Origin: Candidatus Kapaibacterium sp.
GTDB lineage: Bacteria > Bacteroidota > Ignavibacteria > Kapaibacteriales > UBA2268
Reading direction: 5' to 3'
Length of the DNA: 64,000 nt
NCBI GenBank assembly: GCA_963664875.1
Contig: OY761611.1
Location: 1,835,656-1,899,655, forward strand
Every line of letters starts with the position of its first letter. The first letter of the stretch is position 1. Position numbers and translations under genes: made by a program. The notes under the pieces were generated by a model, which saw nothing but the letters and a program-made list of their open reading frames with translations, had not been told where the DNA came from and did not search any database. This document shows, piece by piece, positions 37,649 through 47,900 of this stretch.

Positions 37649-38398
37649 ATATATATCAACATCATAAAAATAAGTTATCCACAATTCGACACCTATAAGT
37701 TCTTTGAATGTTTACCTGATTCCATTTTTCCTGTTTATCTAAGTTTTGCTTTTATAAGCCATTCTGACAACAAAATATCCATTATTTTTATATTTTTTGA
37801 TGTTACTTTTAGAATTTTACAATATATTTTGTCTTCAAACGATTGTTAATTTTTTTAACTTTTTAGCACATTCTAAGGCAGACCTAAAATGAATGAGAAT
37901 TCAAGCCGAAATATTATTTTGAAAGAACTGAATAACAGCTCTATTTTCTTGTATATCAGTCATTTATAGGTATATTTACTTTCTGATACTCAAAATTCTT
38001 TGCCCTCAGAATATATTTTATTTGTAAATTGAGTATTAAGAAAAAGCCGCATTCTTAAGCGATTTTCGCAAGGCGTTGAAATAAAGAAGGATAAGTAAAT
38101 GTGGAAAAATGCAAGAAAAAAAAGTTTCTTTTAGAATATTTTTTTCTTGTCAAAGTCAAAAAAAAATCCCATTTTGGAAACCATGATAATGAGATTGCCA
38201 AGAAGGCTTTGCTATTATCTGTTGGCTATATTTGATACAAAAGCATAACAACGTTTTACAAAAAAATCTAAACAAAAGCTTTCCCCCATAAAAAAGTTTT
38301 TGTATGGATTTTTAACCCCCAATATTTAAAACGGTTTGCTTTTATATCAAACTAAAAAAAATTGTGTGTGTCTGTAAACCAAATTAAAAGAAGTAAAA
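37649..38398. other. Candidate chromosomal replication origin (oriC) region
   Basis: Largest non-coding stretch in the window, very AT-rich with long A/T tracts, adjacent to dnaA, containing DnaA boxes. The only listed ORF here (37604..37849) is low-complexity and implausible. Confidence 0.35.
37675..37683 (+). promoter_or_regulatory. Perfect consensus DnaA box TTATCCACA
   Basis: Exact 9-mer in the 825-bp non-coding region upstream of dnaA. A one-mismatch box TGTGGAAAA lies at 38100-38108. Confidence 0.6.
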
Positions 38399-39856
38399 GT
38401 GAAATCTATTGATACTTTATCACTGTTCCCAAAAGCAGAGGTCAGGAATACTCGCATTAAACCCAAAAGCCAGATTGTACCTGACAAAGAGGCTGTTTTA
38501 TATTGGGAAAAATGTTTAAACATTATCCAAGATAATGTTTCACCTCATATTTTTGACACTTGGTTTAAACCTATACAAGCCCTCAAATGGGAAAACAATA
38601 CATTGACGGTGCTTGCACCAAGTACTTTCTTCTACGAATGGATAGAAACCAAGTTTAATAATCTTTTGAGAGTTACTATTGACAAAGTTATCGGTCATAA
38701 TGCTAAACTTAATTATGACATCGTAGTTGATAACAGCTCTCAGGCTCCTGATAAATTGACTTTAAAAATTCCTGCATTTCAGCATGGCAAAGAGTCTGCG
38801 GATTTGATTAAACCTGTAAAAGAGTCTTTCGAATCTAATCTGCACCACCGCTATTCGCTTGATAATTATATTACCGGTGATGCTAACCAATTGGCAGCTT
38901 CTGCAGCAATGGCTGTAAGCCAAAATCCTGGAGGCACCCGTTTCAATCCTTTGGTTGTCTATGGCGATACAGGATTAGGCAAAACTCACCTCGTGCAGGG
39001 TATTGGCAATAAAATAATTCAAAGTCGCCCTGATGCTAAGGTACTTTATACTAATTCAGAAAAATTTACAATGGACTTTATCAGTGCTATCCAAAACAAT
39101 AGCACAACTGACTTCATAAATCACTACAGAAGCGTTGATGTCCTAATTGTAGATGATATTCAGTTCTTTGCCGGCAAAGAGAAAACTCAGGATAATTTCT
39201 TCCATACTTTCAATGCTTTGCACCAGGCAGGCAAACAGCTTATTCTGACTTCAGACGTAGCTCCTAAAGAGCTTAAAGATGTTGACGATAGACTTATTTC
39301 AAGATTCCAATGGGGATTGACTGTGGATATTCAGTCGCCTGACCTTGAAATGAGAATGGCGATTCTTCAGAAAAAATCCTTAGACGAAGGTCTGGAGCTT
39401 CCTGTTGAAATCTTAGAATTTATAGCAAGAAACATTACCAGTAGCATTCGCGAACTCGAAGGCGTTCTAATCAGCCTAATTGCGAAAGTTACTTTGGACA
39501 AACGCCAGCTTAATATGGATGTTGCTAAAGAAGTAGTGTACGGTGTTGCTAACGTAAGACCAAAAACTCTAACTATAGACGACATCAAAGACGTTGTCTC
39601 AGCTTATTATAAATTGCCTGTCGAGATTTTAGAATCAAAATCAAGAAAGCATGAAATAGCTTTGGCTCGCCAAATGTCTATGTATCTGACCAAGCAGCTT
39701 ACTCAGATGTCGCTCAAATCAATTGGCCAGAGCTTTGGCGGTAGAGATCACTCTACAGTGCTTCACTCTTGCCAAACCATTGAAAACTATCTCGTTACAG
39801 ACAAAACTGTCAAAAACTCTTACGAGATGCTTTTCAGACAGCTAAAAGGTGAGTAA
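38399..39856 (+). CDS. dnaA: Chromosomal replication initiator protein DnaA
   Basis: Walker A GDTGLGKTHL, Walker B LIVDDIQF, sensor motifs, and the C-terminal DNA-binding helix GGRDHSTVLHSCQ. GTG start. Confidence 0.95.
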   Translation: MKSIDTLSLFPKAEVRNTRIKPKSQIVPDKEAVLYWEKCLNIIQDNVSPHIFDTWFKPIQALKWENNTLTVLAPSTFFYEWIETKFNNLLRVTIDKVIGHNAKLNYDIVVDNSSQAPDKLTLKIPAFQHGKESADLIKPVKESFESNLHHRYSLDNYITGDANQLAASAAMAVSQNPGGTRFNPLVVYGDTGLGKTHLVQGIGNKIIQSRPDAKVLYTNSEKFTMDFISAIQNNSTTDFINHYRSVDVLIVDDIQFFAGKEKTQDNFFHTFNALHQAGKQLILTSDVAPKELKDVDDRLISRFQWGLTVDIQSPDLEMRMAILQKKSLDEGLELPVEILEFIARNITSSIRELEGVLISLIAKVTLDKRQLNMDVAKEVVYGVANVRPKTLTIDDIKDVVSAYYKLPVEILESKSRKHEIALARQMSMYLTKQLTQMSLKSIGQSFGGRDHSTVLHSCQTIENYLVTDKTVKNSYEMLFRQLKGE

Positions 39857-40021
39857 ATCTTATAATTTTTGCTATTGACTTCTTGTTGTCATTTGGCAGC
39901 ATATTTGATTTTTTAACTTAAATAGCAAAATAAAGCTCTTTTCAATCTCAAACATGACATAATATGTCATAATCAAAAGTATATTTGTATATTCTTAACA
40001 ACCATCAGATATGGAGCGAAT

Positions 40022-41407
40022 ATGGAAATATACTCAAGCTTAGTAATCATTGTATTGATTGTAGTGCAAATCCTACTGCTTCTTTTTAAAAAGCAGCAAG
40101 CCGGATTTGACACTACTTCTTTCAATGAGCGCCTAATCAGATTTGAAGCAGAATTAGCTTCTATCAAAGAAAATGTAGCTTCGTCTGCAGCAACAGGCAG
40201 ACAGGAAATTGCCGAAAACAACAAAATTATACTTGAAACTCTTCTCGCTAACCTAAAACGTGCTGATGATTCTATGCGTTCAGGTTTTGACACCTTTTCT
40301 GCAAGAATTTCTGATTTTAGTGCCTCTCTCAATACAAACTTTATGACTTTTCGCGAGATTATTGAAAACAGTAACTTCAATAGCCGCAATGAAATAAACT
40401 CTTCTTTCAAAACTTTTGAAGAAAAATTTTCTTCGTCCACTGCCAAATCATTAAAAGAAATTGCCGAAGTATTGCAATCAAGCATTGCCCTACTCAGCAC
40501 TGAAAATGCAGGAAAGCTCGAACAAATGAGAATTGTAGTAGAAGAAAAGCTACAATCTACATTAGAAAGGAGACTCGGCGAATCTTTCAGACTTGTGAGC
40601 GACAGGCTGGAAAAAGTACAGCAGGGCTTAGGCGAAATGCAAAATCTTGCAACCGGAGTTGGCGATTTAAAAAAAGTACTCTCTAATGTCAAAAACCGAG
40701 GAATGATAGGTGAGTATCAATTAGAAAATATTTTGGCACAAATCCTTTCACCCGAGCAATATGTCAAAAATGCTCACATCAATAATTCAAGCAAAGTTGT
40801 TGAGTTTGCTGTCAAACTTCCCGGCAGACTTTCAAATTCAGCGGTTCTACTTCCAATTGATTCAAAATTCCCTATCGAAAGCTATCAATCTCTTTTAGAT
40901 GCCTACGACTCTGCAGATACGATCACAATAGAAACCAATAGGAAAAAGCTTCTTAGCTCTATTAAGAGTTTTGCAAAAGATATCTCAGATAAATATCTCC
41001 AACCACCTTTTACTACAGACTTTGCAGTTATGTTTCTTCCTGTGGAAGGTCTTTATGCTGAAGTATTGCGTAATGCAGGCTTATTCGAACAGCTCCAGAC
41101 AGAATACAAAATAATTGTAGCTGGCCCAACTACACTTTCAGCATTGCTAAACAGCCTTTCTATGGGCTTTAAAACTCTTGCTATCGAAAAAAGAAGCTCT
41201 GAGGTCTGGGAAGTATTGAGTGGTGTCAAATCCGAATTCAACAAATTTGAAGAAATACTCGAAAAAGCAAAGTCTAAGATTTTCCAAGCCGGCGATGAAA
41301 TTGAAAAATTGGTGGGTACACGCACAAGAGCAATTAGCAGAAAGCTGAAAGATGTAGAAATAACTGACTACACTTCCGGGTCGGAACACTATCTCAAGGG
41401 AGATTAG
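40022..41407 (+). CDS. rmuC: DNA recombination protein RmuC
   Basis: N-terminal TM helix, long coiled coil, and an RmuC nuclease-like C-terminal domain (FAVMFLPVEGLYAEVLR, IIVAGPTTLSALLNSL). Confidence 0.85.
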   Translation: MEIYSSLVIIVLIVVQILLLLFKKQQAGFDTTSFNERLIRFEAELASIKENVASSAATGRQEIAENNKIILETLLANLKRADDSMRSGFDTFSARISDFSASLNTNFMTFREIIENSNFNSRNEINSSFKTFEEKFSSSTAKSLKEIAEVLQSSIALLSTENAGKLEQMRIVVEEKLQSTLERRLGESFRLVSDRLEKVQQGLGEMQNLATGVGDLKKVLSNVKNRGMIGEYQLENILAQILSPEQYVKNAHINNSSKVVEFAVKLPGRLSNSAVLLPIDSKFPIESYQSLLDAYDSADTITIETNRKKLLSSIKSFAKDISDKYLQPPFTTDFAVMFLPVEGLYAEVLRNAGLFEQLQTEYKIIVAGPTTLSALLNSLSMGFKTLAIEKRSSEVWEVLSGVKSEFNKFEEILEKAKSKIFQAGDEIEKLVGTRTRAISRKLKDVEITDYTSGSEHYLKGD

Positions 41408-41661
41408 CGAAACTCAACATTTTTATTAATGTTTTGTTTATAGTGGGATTTCTTGTATATTATATTTCTATTTGGCACAAGTGAAGAGCATGAAACAACG
41501 GCAGTTAGCTTAGATGCTCCTTTTTTCTTGCCAAATAGATTATCATTCCTTGACAAAGCCGGATTGAGCAGAATATTTTGCTAATTGAATTTAGACAATT
41601 GCCGGTTTTGAAAGAAAGTATATCTAATATCAATTTTCTATAACAAATAATTGAAATTGCC

Positions 41662-42207
41662 ATGAAAAGACCAAGCTGGGACGAACTATATATTACTATG
41701 TGCTATTTAGTTGGCATGCGAAGCAAAGACGAACACACTCATGTTGGATCAGTTATTGTCGATTCGGACAATATACTTGTTTCTACGGGATACAACTCTT
41801 TACCTCGCGGTGTCGAACCCGACCCAAACCGCACAAGACTTTCCAGAGATGGAGGAGAAAAATATTTTTGGGTTGAGCACGCAGAAAGAAATGCAATCTA
41901 CAATGCAGCCAGAAGAGGAATTAATCTCAAAGGTTGCAAACTTTATGTGCCTTGGACTCCCTGCAATGACTGTGCAAGAGGAATAATTCAAAGCGGAATA
42001 GCAGAGGTAGTTATTCATCAAAATGGGCAGGATTTTTACGACGAACTTACCAATAATAAGTGGTCAGACGCCTACGAAAGAACATACACTATGTTCAGAG
42101 AATCGGGAGTAAAGCTCAGATTCGAAAAATGTGACGTCATAGTGCCCGAAATATACATGAATGGCAAAATGCACGATGCATTGGTTCATCTCAATCATAA
42201 GGAATAA
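41662..42207 (+). CDS. Deoxycytidylate (dCMP) deaminase
   Basis: Zinc-binding motifs HAERNAI and PCNDCARGI. 181 aa. Confidence 0.85.
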   Translation: MKRPSWDELYITMCYLVGMRSKDEHTHVGSVIVDSDNILVSTGYNSLPRGVEPDPNRTRLSRDGGEKYFWVEHAERNAIYNAARRGINLKGCKLYVPWTPCNDCARGIIQSGIAEVVIHQNGQDFYDELTNNKWSDAYERTYTMFRESGVKLRFEKCDVIVPEIYMNGKMHDALVHLNHKE

Positions 42208-42214
42208 TAAAAAA

Positions 42215-42260
42215 ATGGTATATCTACCACAACAGAGAAGTCTAAGGTTAGATATACCAT
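42215..42260. terminator. Bidirectional terminator hairpin between the convergent dCMP deaminase and plsY genes
   Basis: ATGGTATATCTA / TAGATATACCAT perfect 12-bp stem flanked by an A-run and T-rich sequence. Confidence 0.6.
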
Positions 42261-42278
42261 CTTTCTTATTATATCAAA

Positions 42279-42941
42279 TCATCTTTCCGATTGATTTCCA
42301 AATAGAGCAAAATCTTTTTTGTGTTTGCTAAGAATCAAACAGGCAACTATTGTAATTAAAGCTTTTATCAACAAAGGATCGCTTGGCAATACAGCAAATA
42401 AATAAATTGCGGAATCAGGAAGTACCCAAATCAAAAACAATGTGAAGGTAGCTATAATATTTGCTTTATTTATGTCTCTGAAAATAAGTTTGTAAGATAA
42501 AAGCCAGATTGCAACCCACAAAACAATAGGCAAAAGATTGAAAAATGCAAAAATACCAACTGCAGTAGCAAGCCCTTTGCCTCCTTTAAGCTTTAAGAAA
42601 GCAGAATAATTATGTCCGAATATCAAAGCTATAGCTGCAAGTGCCATTTCAATTTCACCTGCATTAAGAAAGCTAAGTAGTAGCATAGGCAGCAAGCCTT
42701 TTAGGAAGTCTGCAATAAAAACCAGCACACCTATATACTTTTTGCCTGTACTTTCATAACTGTTCATGGCTCCTACATTCCCACTACCCACTTCTGTGAT
42801 ATTCTTGCCGGCTAATACTCTGACAAGAATAAAAGCAGAAGGAACTGAACCAATTAGATAAGCAGCAATAACTATTAGAATCATAATTATACCAAAATCA
42901 TTATCTTGATTATTTATGCTCAAGTTCGAGATAGAAATCAT
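42279..42941 (-). CDS. plsY: Glycerol-3-phosphate acyltransferase PlsY
   Basis: YLIGSVPSAFI and GSGNVGAMN motifs in a multi-TM protein. The true start may be the internal ATG at 42884. Confidence 0.85.
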   Translation of the reverse strand: MISISNLSINNQDNDFGIIMILIVIAAYLIGSVPSAFILVRVLAGKNITEVGSGNVGAMNSYESTGKKYIGVLVFIADFLKGLLPMLLLSFLNAGEIEMALAAIALIFGHNYSAFLKLKGGKGLATAVGIFAFFNLLPIVLWVAIWLLSYKLIFRDINKANIIATFTLFLIWVLPDSAIYLFAVLPSDPLLIKALITIVACLILSKHKKDFALFGNQSER

Positions 42942-42981
42942 CTAAACCAAACAATATTTGAGTAGCTATCAGATAGAATCT

Positions 42982-44145
42982 TTACCATTTAATTGCTTGT
43001 GCAGCAGATTCTGCAATCTGGTGGGCTTCGGCAGCACTTGGTGCTACAGCCGTAATATGCCCCATTTTTCTGCCTCGGCGGCTCTGTTTTTTGTTGTATA
43101 AATGAAGCCAGACTTTTTTGTGTCGCATTAGTTCAATTATACTTTCAGGCACTCCCGCACCATCTCGCTCTCCTAAAAGATTAACCATCGCTGCTCCACC
43201 AGCAACTAATTTAGAAGAACCAAGCGGAAGGTTGCAGACAGCTCGAATGCCGTTTTCAAATTGCGAAGTATAACAACCTTCAATAGTATAATGACCGGAG
43301 TTATGAGGACGGGGAGCTATCTCGTTAATCAAAATTTTGTTGTCTGAAGTCAAAAAGAGTTCAACACCAAAAACACCAATGCCGTTTATAGATTCTACTG
43401 CTTTCAGAGCCATTTCTCTTGCATTTTGTCTCAATTCATCGCTAATCTCTGCCTCTGCAATTACGGCATGGCAAATATGCTTGTACTGTATTGTCTCCAC
43501 ACAAGGATATACTTCTGTTTCGCCGGATACGTTCCGAGCTACTATTACAGCAAGCTCTTTAGTAAAATCAACAAACTTTTCTGCCATCAAATCTCTTTTT
43601 TGATTGTCTCCTTTGAATCTTTCCCAAGCAGTATCCACATCTTCAGCTGAAAAAACGGTTGCATTTCCGTATCCGTCATAGCCATATTTTCTTGCTTTAA
43701 TGACATAGGGATAACCGTTCGCAGCACCAAAAGCCTTAGCTTCTTCTGCAGTATTTATCTCTGCAAATTTTGGAACAGGAATGCCTGCATTTTCGAAAGT
43801 CTGCTTTTGGATATACTTATCCTGAACTAATCGCATTGTTGCCGGAGAGGGATATACAGGTTTTTTTTGAAGAATATAATCAAGAATTTCGGGATCTATA
43901 AACTCATTTTCTAAAGTAATGATATCCGATGCTTCTATAAATTTATCCAAATTAGCTCTATCCGACCATCCGCCGGGGAAGTCTTGTTTTGTCATATCAC
44001 CTGCCGGTGTATCAGTATCGTTTTCAATTACAGCTACATTAAGTCCCATTCTGTATGCGTCCAAAGCAAGCATTTTAGCAAGCTGACCTCCGCCAAGTAT
44101 GCCAAGTGTCAAAGGTTTTTCGGGGTTAGTATATGAAAAAAGCAT
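42982..44145 (-). CDS. purK: N5-carboxyaminoimidazole ribonucleotide synthase
   Basis: LGILGGGQLAKML N-terminus, ATP-grasp core, and C-terminal GRKMGHIT. Confidence 0.9.
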   Translation of the reverse strand: MLFSYTNPEKPLTLGILGGGQLAKMLALDAYRMGLNVAVIENDTDTPAGDMTKQDFPGGWSDRANLDKFIEASDIITLENEFIDPEILDYILQKKPVYPSPATMRLVQDKYIQKQTFENAGIPVPKFAEINTAEEAKAFGAANGYPYVIKARKYGYDGYGNATVFSAEDVDTAWERFKGDNQKRDLMAEKFVDFTKELAVIVARNVSGETEVYPCVETIQYKHICHAVIAEAEISDELRQNAREMALKAVESINGIGVFGVELFLTSDNKILINEIAPRPHNSGHYTIEGCYTSQFENGIRAVCNLPLGSSKLVAGGAAMVNLLGERDGAGVPESIIELMRHKKVWLHLYNKKQSRRGRKMGHITAVAPSAAEAHQIAESAAQAIKW

Positions 44146-44289
44146 AGAGCCTCAACTAATTTTTTACATCACATATTTATCCATATTCTCAAAGATACGG
44201 TATTTTTACTTTAGTAAAAAGTATATTCAATTCTACGGTAGAAAACACTAAATATTTCGTAACCTTTTGGCTGCTTAAGCGTCTATATA

Positions 44290-44553
44290 TTGAGAAACAA
44301 ATCCATGTTTTTGACTCATCATTTTGAGGTAAGCGTCATGTCAACATTTAATTTCAAATATCCGCTATTGACTTCTCTTTTTGGAATAGGCTGCATCTTA
44401 CTACTCACAGGTAGAGTATTTGAAACCGAAATATCTGAATTTATGCTCGGATTTTTGGATGGTATGTCTGCAGTTTTTATCTTCTGTGGAGTTTCATACC
44501 TCTCCTATTGTGCATTCAAAAGAATTAATCCTCTAACTTTTGACAAAAATTAA
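44290..44553 (+). CDS. Small hypothetical membrane protein
   Basis: 87-aa ORF with two hydrophobic helices. No other support. Confidence 0.3.
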   Translation: MRNKSMFLTHHFEVSVMSTFNFKYPLLTSLFGIGCILLLTGRVFETEISEFMLGFLDGMSAVFIFCGVSYLSYCAFKRINPLTFDKN

Positions 44554-44951
44554 TACTACAAATTCTCGTAACAACTTGGGAATCATCCTCTCAAGCAGAT
44601 TGTATCTGGAATGCTTGAAGGCACAATTCTGATTATTTGCACCCCTCCCCATATTGAATATTTTTTACAATACTAAATGTAACCTTTTGTACTTTTGAAG
44701 TGTCTAATGGGTGTATTCACATTTACAATTATCACTAATATATACTTTGAGAGCAGATGTTTGCTTCTCATAGCTTCGTTCTATTCAATTAAATAATCCG
44801 GGCTTGTCTTGCTATGTGTTTAAAGGGAAAAGCGACAAGGTGTCGCAAAACAAAGCAAAATAAGATTTTCGCTTAGATAGTAGAGATTACCTTATTATCG
44901 GTATGCCTAATCTGCTATCGAAGCTATCAAAAACAGAAAGGATCATTTATT

Positions 44952-47900
44952 ATGAGATTCCCAATTGCAATGAAAGCAGTTATTATTCTAATAATCGCTG
45001 CATCATACTCAGGCATGGCGAATATAAACAACGAAGCCGAATTCTATACTTTCAAAACAAGAACTGTACAAACAAACAAAGGAGTATTCGGAGCAGCATC
45101 AATTAAAATTGAGCGCGCTCCCGAGCAATATTTTGAAAACGCAATAATAATTAAAACTATTGAAAATACAGTAGTTAGCAGCAATCAAAAATCATTTTCG
45201 GGGACATCCCTAACTCAGGCTATAATTGATTTGAATATCAAATCAATAAGGAATCCTATTGCTTCTTCTCTAAAGGCAGAAGACCCATTTGCATTGTCAA
45301 ACATCTACGAGGTCTATTTTGACTCACCTGTAGATCCTTATGATGTATGTCGAGAGCTTATGAAAAATCCTGAAATTGAGTATGCTTCTCCTATTTACAA
45401 GAGAGAAATACATAAGGCAGTCAGCGATCCTCAGGCAGGTGTCCAATATCATCTGAAAGAAATGAATGCTGAAGCCGCATGGGACATCACAACTGGTGAT
45501 AAAAATGTAGTGATTGCTATTGTTGATTCCGGAGTTCAGACCGATCATCCGGATTTAGCTGCTAACATTTGGACTAATCCCGATGAAATTGCAAATGATG
45601 GCATAGACAACGATGGAAACGGTAAAATTGATGATATTCATGGATGGGATATGGTAGGCAATATTAGTCAGTCTGATATTGCTTACGGCAGATGGGCAGA
45701 AGACAACAACCCAAGCCCCGGAGTAACAACTCTCAACCACGGCACTCATGTGGCAGGTTGTGCTGCTGCGGTTACTGATAATGCTATCGGTATTGCTTCG
45801 CTTGGTTTCAATTGTAGTATTTTGCCGGTAAAATGCTCTTCCGAATCATCTTCGAGTGGCATCTATCGAGGTTACGAAGGTATTGCTTATGCTGCTGATT
45901 TAGGTGCTGATATAATTAACTGCTCATGGGGTGGCTTAGGTCAGGCTGCTTATGAACAGGAAATTATAGATGATGCAACATCAAAAGGCTCACTTGTTAT
46001 TACCTCTGCCGGCAACGAATCATCTTATATTGATTTAAGTCCGACTTACCCTGCCAATTACAAAAATGTTCTTACTGTGGGTGCTACTAAAGCCGGTGGG
46101 GATGTTACATTCTTCTCAAACTATGGCATTAGAGTTGATGTCTATGCAGCTGGTAATGATATTTATTCCACTTTGCCAGGCAGCAAATATGGAAAGGAAA
46201 GCGGAACTTCTATGTCATCTCCGATTGTTTCGGGTTTGGCAGGTCTTATCAAATCACTTCACCCTGATTGGGAAGCTATGCAGGTGGCTGCTCAAATCAG
46301 AGCAACTGCAGACTTAGTAAGTAAAGAAAAAAATATGGATAATAAATTTTATTGCATTGCAAATGCATATAAAGCCCTATCTGTGAATAATCCTATCAAT
46401 AATAAGAACGGTGAAACAACACCCGGACTTAAAATCTTTACTTACAACCAAGGCAATAACATGGATTTTGTTTTTGATGGATATGCGGAGAAAAATCTAA
46501 ATATTTACGTCATCAATTATCTGTCTGATGCTACAAATGTTACTGTTGAGCTCGAACCCTTAGATAACTTTATCAAACTTTCGGAGACTTCATTCAAGTT
46601 CAGCGATATAGAATCACTGTATGATGAGAAAATCAGCTTGAAAGCAACTTTGCTCGATAACTGTCCTTGGTCTGAAGGCTATGCGTATGTGCTGGTCAAA
46701 TACAAAGCAGATAATTACGAAGATTTTGAGCTTATGAAACTTGATATTAAAACAAATCAAAAAACAACATTTTCAAAGCTATCTACCAAAGGAGATGCTC
46801 CTGATTTTACAGATTGGACAGATATTGCAAGTGCAGACGGCTCTAATTTCTGGTGCGTAGGAGCCGGCGAGGAAGCATATTACGGCTACCTTCTGAAGTA
46901 TAACAAAGTAGGTGGTATAAGTGCTTCTTATTTGCAAACTCCGGCTTACGATATTGAAGTAATTAACTCAAGTACAGCGTTTGTAGCTTCAAACGGAAGA
47001 TATGATATTTCCAAGGTTTCTAAAACTACTAATGGTGGTACTTCCTGGACTAATTGCCTGACAGATTCTCTGACTGATTTTATCAATCAAATTCATTTTT
47101 ATAGTGCTAAAAACGGCATTTTCCTGGGAAACCCCAAAGACGGTAAGTGGTGCGTGGCATCAACTACTGACGCAGGAGAGACATGGCAAAGATATTCATC
47201 GTTTGAAGCACTAAGCGATGAAATAAGCTATCCAAAATCAAATTGCTTCAATTTCGGAGATATTTATTTTGGAACTTCTGAAGGAAGGTTATTCTTCTCT
47301 GAGGACGCTGGAGCAGCGTGGTCTGTAAAAACAGTATTGCCCGGCAAAGAGATTCATTTTGTGGAATATATAGATAAAAACAGGGGCATTATAATATATT
47401 CGAACAAAGGAGATGCTTCTCGTCAGTTTATAGCTAAAACTAACGACGGTGGCAATAATTGGACAACTGAAATTAAATCTTTCTCTGGTGATAATAAGAT
47501 TATAAATACATTCAGGGCTCAAGACGGAGATGAAATATATGTAGTTAATCACAAGGGTGAAGTATTTTCTTCGAATAACTTATTTGATTCGATGCAGCCA
47601 ATATTGTCAAAAAGAACTCAACAAGTTGCTGTAAATGGATTGTATGCTAAATCAGGCAAGGGTACTCTACTTCAATTTGGAGATTTTATCACAAGCCTTG
47701 AGTTCAACTACGACAAGAAAGATGCAAAATCAGATTTGTCAGTTGTTACTTCCAGAGATTTGAATTTTGGATATGTAGCACCGGGAACTTCATCTTCGCA
47801 GCAAGTCATACTACTTGCTTCAGGTAACCAAAACTCTTACATTTCAACGTCTGAAATAGAAAATGTAGATTGCGAAGACGGAGAGTTTTCTATAGAGTCT

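Noticed and set aside
37604-37849. 81-aa ORF in the dnaA upstream region
   Set aside because: It starts inside the terminator of the preceding gene. Its translation is low-complexity and AT-driven (I/F/Y-rich), and it has no RBS. I treat the region as non-coding (candidate origin).
39973-40692. 239-aa ORF on the minus strand overlapping the start of rmuC
   Set aside because: It is antisense to a well-supported RmuC gene. Its Ser/Leu-rich low-complexity translation is typical of a shadow ORF opposite a coiled-coil (E/K/L-rich) coding region.
41470-41490. Sigma-54 promoter suggested by TGGCAC at 41472
   Set aside because: The -12 element TTGC is missing at the required spacing (TGGCAC-AAGTG-AAGA). 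The TGGCA is better explained as part of the long hairpin.
44903-45106. 67-aa ORF overlapping the start of the S8 peptidase gene
   Set aside because: It is out of frame with a gene that has a proper signal peptide starting at 44952. No independent support.
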